Assembly: GCA_036351155.1 (NCBI GenBank) | Contig: JAZBOO010000114.1 | Span: forward strand, 1 to 12,710 | Reading direction: 5' to 3' | DNA from: Candidatus Krumholzibacteriia bacterium | GTDB lineage: Bacteria > Krumholzibacteriota > Krumholzibacteriia > LZORAL124-64-63 | DNA length: 12,710 nucleotides | In this document: positions 1 through 5,530 of the stretch, one piece after another | Layout: every line of letters begins with the position of its first letter | How positions within the stretch are numbered: the stretch's first letter is position 1 | Made by a program: the position numbers and the translations under genes | Notes under the pieces: generated by a model | Databases searched by the model: none | The model's input: only the letters and a program-made list of their open reading frames with translations | Told to the model about the DNA's origin: nothing

Positions 1-300
1 CACCTCGGGATGCACCCCATCGAAGTTCTGGTAGTCCACGAAGTGGAATCCCGGTGACACCGAAAAGCTGGGGGAAAGATGGAAACGGTAGCGAAAGCCC
101 AGCTCGTAGCCGTTTTCAGCACCAAGGCCCCTGGGCGTTTCCTCGAAGTTGTCATTGAGATCGCCGTAGGGCATGGCCAGCCCCACTTCGACCAGGATCC
201 GGCCGGGCTCTCCCGGACCAGCCAAAGCCATCGAGGCTCCCGAGAAGAGCAACAACAGAGTCCAGACGCCCATCAGGCGCACTGTTCGACAAGATTTCAT
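1..300 (-). CDS. Outer-membrane beta-barrel protein (N-terminal part; runs off the window edge)
   Basis: Not in the ORF track. Manual translation from ATG at 300 gives MKSCRTVRLMGVWTLLLLFSGASMALA|GPGEPGRILVEVGLAMPYGDLNDNFEETPRGLGAENGYELGFRYRFHLSPSFSVSPGFHFVDYQNFDGVHPEV, open to the edge. It has a Sec signal peptide (AxA site) and alternating aromatic/hydrophobic beta-strand patterns. A GGAAAGGA RBS-like sequence lies upstream. Confidence 0.7.
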   Translation of the reverse strand, partial: MKSCRTVRLMGVWTLLLLFSGASMALAGPGEPGRILVEVGLAMPYGDLNDNFEETPRGLGAENGYELGFRYRFHLSPSFSVSPGFHFVDYQNFDGVHPEV

Positions 301-459
301 GGGATGCAATGTCGTCCTTTCCTGACCTGAGTTTTTTTCAATGATAACATCCTGAACCCGTTCTGCCCCAGGATTGTTCCTGCAATGTCATCACCTCTGG
401 GCCTGATCATGGCGCGGGCAGGCAGGACCTGGTGGCCCCGCACCGCAGCGACTAAAAAA

Positions 460-487
460 TTGCCTGGGGCTTGATACGGGCTATCAT
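460..487 (+). promoter_or_regulatory. Putative sigma70-type promoter for the EamA transporter
   Basis: TTGCCT (460-465), 16-nt spacer, TATCAT (482-487), preceded by an A-tract resembling an UP element. Confidence 0.4.
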
Positions 488-521
488 GGGGCCGGTGACC
501 TTTCGTCATCGGCCCCCTTTT
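488..521 (+). terminator. Terminator-like or operator-like inverted repeat just upstream of the EamA gene
   Basis: GGGGCCGGTGAC-ctttc-GTCATCGGCCCC forms a 12-bp stem with one G-U pair, followed by CTTTTAATCTTT. Confidence 0.45.
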
Positions 522-544
522 AATCTTTCTGGCCCGGGAACGAC

Positions 545-1438
545 ATGCAACAGACCATCGACCAGGGCAAGGTGCGCCTGGCCCTGATCACCATCCAGGT
601 GCTGTTCGGCATCAACTACCTGGCCTCGAAGGTCGTGGTCACCGCCATGAGTCCCGGCGGCTGGGCGGCGCTGCGCACCCTGGGAGCCTTCGTGATCCTG
701 GCGGGCATCGTGCTGATTGGCCGCCGCCGGCTGCCCAGCTGGCGGGACTCCCTGCTGCTGGGCGTGGCCGCCTTCTTCGGCGTGGTGCTGAACCAGGGAT
801 TGTTCCTGGAAGGATTGTCGCGCACCACCGTGGGCCGCTCGGCCCTGATCTGCAGCCTCATCCCCACCTTCGTGCTTCTGTTCAGCTGGATGCTCAGGCA
901 GGAAACCATCACCCTGCGCAAGGCCCTGGGCTTTGCCGCCGGCCTGACCGGGGTGCTGGTGTTGCTGGAGGCCGATCGCTTCCGCTTTGATGGGCGCTAC
1001 CTGACGGGCGATCTGATGACCCTGGCCAACGCGGCCAGCTACGGATTCTTCATCGTGTTCAGCCGGCGCATCATGGCCCGCAACGATGCCTGGGCCGCCA
1101 CGGCGGTGGTGTTCTTCTTCGGGGCGGCGGGCATGGGAATCTACGGCGGGGCCGACCTGCTGCGCACCCCCGCGGCCGTGTTCACTCCCGCCATGCTGGG
1201 CATCATGGCCTACGTCATCGTGGGGGCCACGGTGGCCACCTACTTCCTGAACCTGTGGGCCGTCAAGCGGGTGCAGGCCAGCCGCGTGGCCATCTTCATC
1301 TTCCTGCAGCCGCTGATCGCCGTGGTTCTGGGCGTGACCTTCCGCGGTGAAGAATTGACCGTGCGATTTCTCATCGCCACCGCCCTGGTGTTCGTGGCCT
1401 TGCTGCTGCGCGACGGCCGTCCGAAAGAATCCGCTTGA
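545..1438 (+). CDS. EamA/DMT (drug/metabolite transporter) family permease
   Basis: 297 aa with about 10 hydrophobic segments in two repeats. Typical EamA motifs are present: 'FGINYLASK', 'AALR', 'LRQETITLRKALG', 'GDLMTL', 'FIFLQPLIAVVLG...GEELT'. Confidence 0.93.
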   Translation: MQQTIDQGKVRLALITIQVLFGINYLASKVVVTAMSPGGWAALRTLGAFVILAGIVLIGRRRLPSWRDSLLLGVAAFFGVVLNQGLFLEGLSRTTVGRSALICSLIPTFVLLFSWMLRQETITLRKALGFAAGLTGVLVLLEADRFRFDGRYLTGDLMTLANAASYGFFIVFSRRIMARNDAWAATAVVFFFGAAGMGIYGGADLLRTPAAVFTPAMLGIMAYVIVGATVATYFLNLWAVKRVQASRVAIFIFLQPLIAVVLGVTFRGEELTVRFLIATALVFVALLLRDGRPKESA

Positions 1439-1504
1439 ATTGGTCCGGTTTGACCCTTACTAATGGAGTCAGTGGTCGAGCTGAAGATGGAGCGGAAGCG
1501 GAGA

Positions 1505-1668
1505 ACCACCGAACTTGGTCCTGACCCGAATCCTGACGTCCTGCCCTGTTTCAAGGCAGCGCAAAGTCATGATGGGTGCAGGCTCCAGGCCGGACATGCG
1601 ACTCACGATCGAAAGATCGGGTCCGGTCCGGATGAGGATGGAACCGGGCTGGAGCGGTTCGGTTTGGT
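1505..1668 (+). ncRNA. Candidate structured non-coding RNA (family not recognised)
   Basis: Nested complementary segments: 1505-1514 with 1657-1668, 1520-1537 with 1566-1582, 1541-1545 with 1555-1559, 1583-1593 with 1644-1654, plus a CGATC-GAAA-GATCG GNRA hairpin (1606-1619). An intrinsic terminator follows directly. The strand is inferred from the GAAA tetraloop and the U-tract. Confidence 0.5.
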
Positions 1669-1675
1669 ATGAGAA

Positions 1676-1710
1676 AGGCGGAGTCCCTCGGGGCTCCGCC
1701 TGTTCTTTTT
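1676..1710 (+). terminator. Rho-independent terminator, probably bidirectional
   Basis: AGGCGGAGTCC-ctcg-GGGCTCCGCCT stem followed by GTTCTTTTT on the + strand and a weaker TTCTCAT on the - strand. It lies between convergent transcription units. Confidence 0.85.
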
Positions 1711-1726
1711 ATCGCCGTAGGCCGGA

Positions 1727-2413
1727 CTACATTGGAGGCATGACCTCGCTGAGCTCGCCATCGCTCAGGTTCAGCATCCAGGTCGTGGTCCCATTCACGC
1801 TCACGGGCACGTTGGCCGTCCCGTTGAAGGTGACCGCCAGGGTGTGTCCACCCGCCGTGAAGGTGATGGTCCCGGCGGTGGGATAGCCCGTGACTCCCAC
1901 GACCACACCGTCGATGTCGAAGGTGCCGGTGTAGACCCCGGACACCATGGAACCGCCGCTGGGGGCGAAGATGGTGGCGGTATCGTTCACCTGATCCAGG
2001 TTGGCCTGGATGTCGGCGGTCAAGGACATGGCACTGCCGGCCAGCCCATCGTAGGTCACGGTCAAGCCGGTGTCGCCCAGGGTGACCAGGCGCGCATAGT
2101 CGGCATTGCTGGGCGTGGCGGGTTCACCGCTGGCCCCACCGGTCCGGAAATCAATCTCCACATCGCCTTCCACGTACTCGTAGCCGGTGAAGCTGTAGGT
2201 GTACACGTTCTTGGCGGGAGTGAAATCGATCACCCGGGGGCCCACCTCGACCATGGCCAGAGCCACGATGGCCGCCTGGTAGGCAACATTTTCCTGGGTC
2301 AGCTCGGGTGTCTCGTCTTTGGGAGACACGGAATCGCTTTCGCAGGCGCCCAGGAGTCCGGTCAGCATCAGGACCAGCCCCAGGGCCACCATTGTTTTCA
2401 GGTTGTTTTTCAT
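1727..2413 (-). CDS. Hypothetical beta-rich lipoprotein
   Basis: 228 aa. Basic N-terminus, hydrophobic stretch and lipobox LGA-C, followed by an acidic linker and a Gly/Thr-rich beta-strand body. GAAAGGA RBS upstream. Confidence 0.85.
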   Translation of the reverse strand: MKNNLKTMVALGLVLMLTGLLGACESDSVSPKDETPELTQENVAYQAAIVALAMVEVGPRVIDFTPAKNVYTYSFTGYEYVEGDVEIDFRTGGASGEPATPSNADYARLVTLGDTGLTVTYDGLAGSAMSLTADIQANLDQVNDTATIFAPSGGSMVSGVYTGTFDIDGVVVGVTGYPTAGTITFTAGGHTLAVTFNGTANVPVSVNGTTTWMLNLSDGELSEVMPPM

Positions 2414-2447
2414 GACGTATTCCTTTCAATGAGGACGAACGACAGGT

Positions 2448-3398
2448 CTAGAAACCGAACATGGCCCCTGCCGAATAGGTGGTCAGCTTGCCCACACCCA
2501 TTTCGGCACTCAGGAACTTGAGTTTAGCACCCAGGGTGAAACGGCTCTCTTGCTGGGACTCGGCCGTGAAGCTGATGCGTTCCCCTGTGGTCTCATAAGT
2601 GTAGCCAACGGTCATGTCGGCACTTTCCTTGGCAAAGCCGCCATACACCGTCAGGGGATTGAAATCCTTGGACACGGCAATGAACATGGTCTTGGCATTG
2701 GCCTCGATCAGGGATCCCACGTTCATTTCCTGGTCAAAGAAGCCCACCATCATGTCCACGGGGAAATCGACCAGCAGGCCGTTGGGGCTCCACTGCAGGC
2801 CGAAGCCCAGATACTTGGTCTTGCCGTAGTCGCCCAGATCCAGTTCGGGAAAATAGCGCAGCGTGGCCTTCAGACCGAAAACCCCGCCCACGCTGGCCTC
2901 GGGGGCCATCAGAGGGACAAAACGGGAATCGACCAGGCCCGGAATACCCTCCAGGGCGATGGGGGGCCCGCCGGCATCGGGCAGCAAGGTCACGGTTCCC
3001 CGGGTGTCCGGATCACCAAAAACCGTGGGCCCATTGAGAATCAGGGTGCCGGTCCCGCTCAGCGAGGAGTCGATGCTCCCGAGGTCCACATTTCGGACGG
3101 TTTTCTGGAACGTCTGGTCGTCTTCGTTCAGATGGGTGGCCATGACCTTGATCCCCACCCCGAAGGTCAACTGGCCCCAGGGGATGCTGGCGCCCTGAAA
3201 CATGGCACTGTTCTGGTTGGGGCCGAAGGCCTCGATGAAGGGCGAAGCATAGGCCCGGGCGTATTCCTCACCCACTTGCTCAAGCAAGTCCTGGAAATCA
3301 TCGTCCTGGGCCTGGACCGGGCTGGCCGCGATCAGCAGGAACAGGAAACCCACCACGGGGACACACCACATCAAGCGGGCCGTTCTCAATAATTTCAT
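2448..3398 (-). CDS. Outer-membrane beta-barrel protein, DUF6588-like
   Basis: 316 aa with a signal peptide (VQA|Q), an N-terminal 'YARAYASPFIEAFGPNQNS' helix, amphipathic beta strands and a C-terminal Phe (YSAGAMFGF, BAM-type beta signal). AGGGAGGGAG RBS upstream. The DUF assignment is from remembered similarity, not a search. Confidence 0.75.
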   Translation of the reverse strand: MKLLRTARLMWCVPVVGFLFLLIAASPVQAQDDDFQDLLEQVGEEYARAYASPFIEAFGPNQNSAMFQGASIPWGQLTFGVGIKVMATHLNEDDQTFQKTVRNVDLGSIDSSLSGTGTLILNGPTVFGDPDTRGTVTLLPDAGGPPIALEGIPGLVDSRFVPLMAPEASVGGVFGLKATLRYFPELDLGDYGKTKYLGFGLQWSPNGLLVDFPVDMMVGFFDQEMNVGSLIEANAKTMFIAVSKDFNPLTVYGGFAKESADMTVGYTYETTGERISFTAESQQESRFTLGAKLKFLSAEMGVGKLTTYSAGAMFGF

Positions 3399-3494
3399 GA
3401 CTCCCTCCCTTTGTTTGTTGTTCAGCGATTTTCATGTATTGTAGGTGAATTGCATTCACCACACAGCGAAGACTTACCGATGAAGGCCGTCAGC

Positions 3495-4139
3495 ATGGCA
3501 GATGTTTGTAGCAAAAACAATACCCAAAATCGCCAACATGCTGTGTTACTTTGGGATATGGCGGGAACCTTGATCCCTTTCGACCCTTACAGCGGGGCCC
3601 CGCGCGCCTTGCCGGAATGTGACGAGTTCCTGCCCGAACTGGCTCGGGACTTTCGCATGGTGGTCACCACGGGTGACGGGCACGACAGTGCCAGAGGCCT
3701 TCTGGCGGGGTTCGGGCTGGTCAATCACTTCGAATGCATCTACGGAGACCTTTTCTCCCCCGTGGGAAAACCCTACGGAGAAATTCTGCGGCACCTGGGT
3801 GGGCGCCCCGAGTGGAGCCTGTCCATCGGCGATCGGATGAGCGCCGATGTCGCCAGCGACACCGACCAGGTGGTCACCCTGCTGATCAATCAGGGAGACG
3901 ATGTGGCCACCGCCGGCCTGGTTTTCCTGATCATCTCCACCCTGAAGCGCCATGCCCAGGACTTCCCGGCGGCCTTCGTGGCCTGGCGGGAAACCCTGGA
4001 GCCCGCTCCCGAGGCGATGGGACCGAGTTACGGGGGTGAGATCGTGGAAGCCCACCGGACCAGCAAAGGCCTGAGCTGCCTCTTGCTGACCTACCGCCAT
4101 CCCGTCCTGGACGGCGACCGTTTCATCATCCAGATTTGA
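3495..4139 (+). CDS. HAD-superfamily hydrolase (capless-type, atypical motif I)
   Basis: Motif I 'LLWDMAGTL', motif II 'VVTTG', motif III 'GKP', motif IV 'SIGDRMSADV'. The start is more likely ATG 3495 (GAAGG upstream) or ATG 3480 than TTG 3411. Confidence 0.8.
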   Translation: MADVCSKNNTQNRQHAVLLWDMAGTLIPFDPYSGAPRALPECDEFLPELARDFRMVVTTGDGHDSARGLLAGFGLVNHFECIYGDLFSPVGKPYGEILRHLGGRPEWSLSIGDRMSADVASDTDQVVTLLINQGDDVATAGLVFLIISTLKRHAQDFPAAFVAWRETLEPAPEAMGPSYGGEIVEAHRTSKGLSCLLLTYRHPVLDGDRFIIQI

Positions 4140-4191
4140 GATGAGCAGTCTTTTCCACGTCTGGAATTCCGGAAGAATCGCGGAGCGTATC

Positions 4192-4701
4192 ATGAACCAA
4201 ACCGTGCGCGTTTTTGTGACCGGCGGCACCTTCGACAAGGAATACAACGAGCGCGACGGCTCGCTGTACTTCAAGGACACCCACCTGCGCGACATGCTCA
4301 AGCTGGCCCGCAGTCTGGTGGATGTCGAGGTGCGCACCCTGATGATGATCGACAGCCTGGAAATGGACGACGAGGACCGCGAGGTCATCCTGTCCCAGTG
4401 CCGCAAAAGCCCTCAGGATCGCATCGTCCTGACCCACGGCACCGACACCATGGAAGTGACGGCGCGCCTGCTGGGTGAAAACATCCAGAACAAGACCATC
4501 ATCCTGACCGGCGCCATGATCCCCTTCGCCTTCGGCAGCTCCGATGGGCTGTTCAACCTGGGCAGTGCCCTGGCCTTTGCCCAGAGCCTGCCCCACGGTG
4601 TTTACGTGGCCATGAACGGCCGCTGCTTCAAGTGGGACAACGTGCGCAAGAACCGCGATGCCGGTGTCTTCGAAGAACTGAACGGAGCGAACCATGTGTG
4701 A
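4192..4701 (+). CDS. Short-chain L-asparaginase/glutaminase-family protein (catalytic N-terminal domain only)
   Basis: Class 1 asparaginase motifs 'VTGGTFDKEY', 'DS', 'THGTDTM', 'LTGAMIP', 'DGLFNL', 'VRK'. 169 aa from ATG 4192 with a GGAG RBS at 4182-4185. Confidence 0.92.
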   Translation: MNQTVRVFVTGGTFDKEYNERDGSLYFKDTHLRDMLKLARSLVDVEVRTLMMIDSLEMDDEDREVILSQCRKSPQDRIVLTHGTDTMEVTARLLGENIQNKTIILTGAMIPFAFGSSDGLFNLGSALAFAQSLPHGVYVAMNGRCFKWDNVRKNRDAGVFEELNGANHV

Positions 4702-5530
4702 CACCTGTGGCTGCAGTCAGCCTGCCGACGCCGTGACCTTCCGCAAGCCTGGTCAGGCCGACCATGAACATCCCCATCCCCATCATCATGATCATGATCA
4801 TGACCACCATCACGATCACGATCATTCCCACGAGCACGGACACCATCACCACCACCATCACGAGGATGGCGGGGGCCGAACCCTGGACATTGCTCAGGAC
4901 GTGCTGATGCAGAACAACCTGCTGGCCCAGCGCAACCGGGGCTGGTTCGAGGCCAAGAACATCCTGGCGCTGAACCTGGTGTCCTCCCCCGGCTCGGGCA
5001 AGACCACCCTGCTGGAAAAGACCATCAGCGACCTCAAGGGGGAGATGTCGATTGCCGTCATCGAGGGCGACCAGCAGACCCTGAACGACGCCGACCGCAT
5101 CGCGGCCACCGGCGCCGAGGTCATCCAGGTCAACACCGGCAAGGGGTGCCACCTCGATGCAGAAATGATCCGCCGAGCTGCCGACCAGCTGGCGCCGCCC
5201 GAGGGCTCGGTCCTGATGATCGAGAACGTGGGCAACCTGGTCTGTCCCGCCCTGTTCGATCTGGGTGAGGAGGCCAAGGTGGTCATCATCTCGGTGACCG
5301 AGGGCGACGACAAGCCGCTGAAGTACCCCACCATGTTCGCGGCCGCCGACCTGTGTGTGATCAACAAGATGGATATCTTGCCGCACGTGCCCTTCGACCT
5401 GGAAAAGTGCAAGCAGGCCGCCCTGCAGGTGAACCCGCGCCTGACCTTCTGCGAAGTTTCCGCCTGGAAGGGCGAGGGGATGGACAGCTGGTACAGCTGG
5501 TTGCGGGCGCGGCGGAGCTCAACCCGATGA
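4694..5530 (+). CDS. hypB: Hydrogenase nickel-incorporation GTPase HypB
   Basis: N-terminal CxxCGC (MCDTCGC), His-rich linker, P-loop SSPGSGKT, 'GKGCHLDA', 'ENVGNLVCPA', 'EGDDKPLKYP', NKxD (NKMD). Overlaps the upstream gene by 8 nt. Confidence 0.97.
   Translation: MCDTCGCSQPADAVTFRKPGQADHEHPHPHHHDHDHDHHHDHDHSHEHGHHHHHHHEDGGGRTLDIAQDVLMQNNLLAQRNRGWFEAKNILALNLVSSPGSGKTTLLEKTISDLKGEMSIAVIEGDQQTLNDADRIAATGAEVIQVNTGKGCHLDAEMIRRAADQLAPPEGSVLMIENVGNLVCPALFDLGEEAKVVIISVTEGDDKPLKYPTMFAAADLCVINKMDILPHVPFDLEKCKQAALQVNPRLTFCEVSAWKGEGMDSWYSWLRARRSSTR
4763..4861 (+). repeat. Low-complexity His-rich coding tract within hypB
   Basis: CAT/CAC-rich tract encoding 22 His in 33 residues (HEHPHPHHHDHDHDHHHDHDHSHEHGHHHHHHH). 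Confidence 0.9.

Noticed and set aside
79..509. ORFs 79-330 (+) and 297-509 (-)
   Set aside because: The first is antisense to the barrel gene at 1-300. The second spans the divergent promoter region and has no recognisable features.
1541..1559. Hairpin containing TTCAA, reminiscent of a tRNA-Sec anticodon arm
   Set aside because: No acceptor stem, T-arm at the correct spacing or CCA end.
1479..1570. Resemblance to c-di-AMP (GCTGAA...GGAGAACCA...CCCGAATCC) or c-di-GMP-I (GCAAAG) riboswitch words
   Set aside because: The required pairing partners and spacing are missing, and there is no downstream gene on this strand to regulate.
1463..1672. 69-aa ORF over the structured region
   Set aside because: No RBS, no recognisable motif, and codon usage unlike the neighbouring GC3-rich genes. 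The extensive base-pairing explains the region better, though the ORF is not formally excluded.
4763..4861. CAT/GAT repeats as a possible CRISPR array or non-coding tandem repeat
   Set aside because: Fully explained by the in-frame His/Asp tract of HypB, with no repeat-spacer periodicity.
5353..5526. N-terminal extension of HypF given in the ORF track
   Set aside because: It overlaps the conserved C-terminus of hypB. HypF homology begins after the ATGA overlap at 5527.
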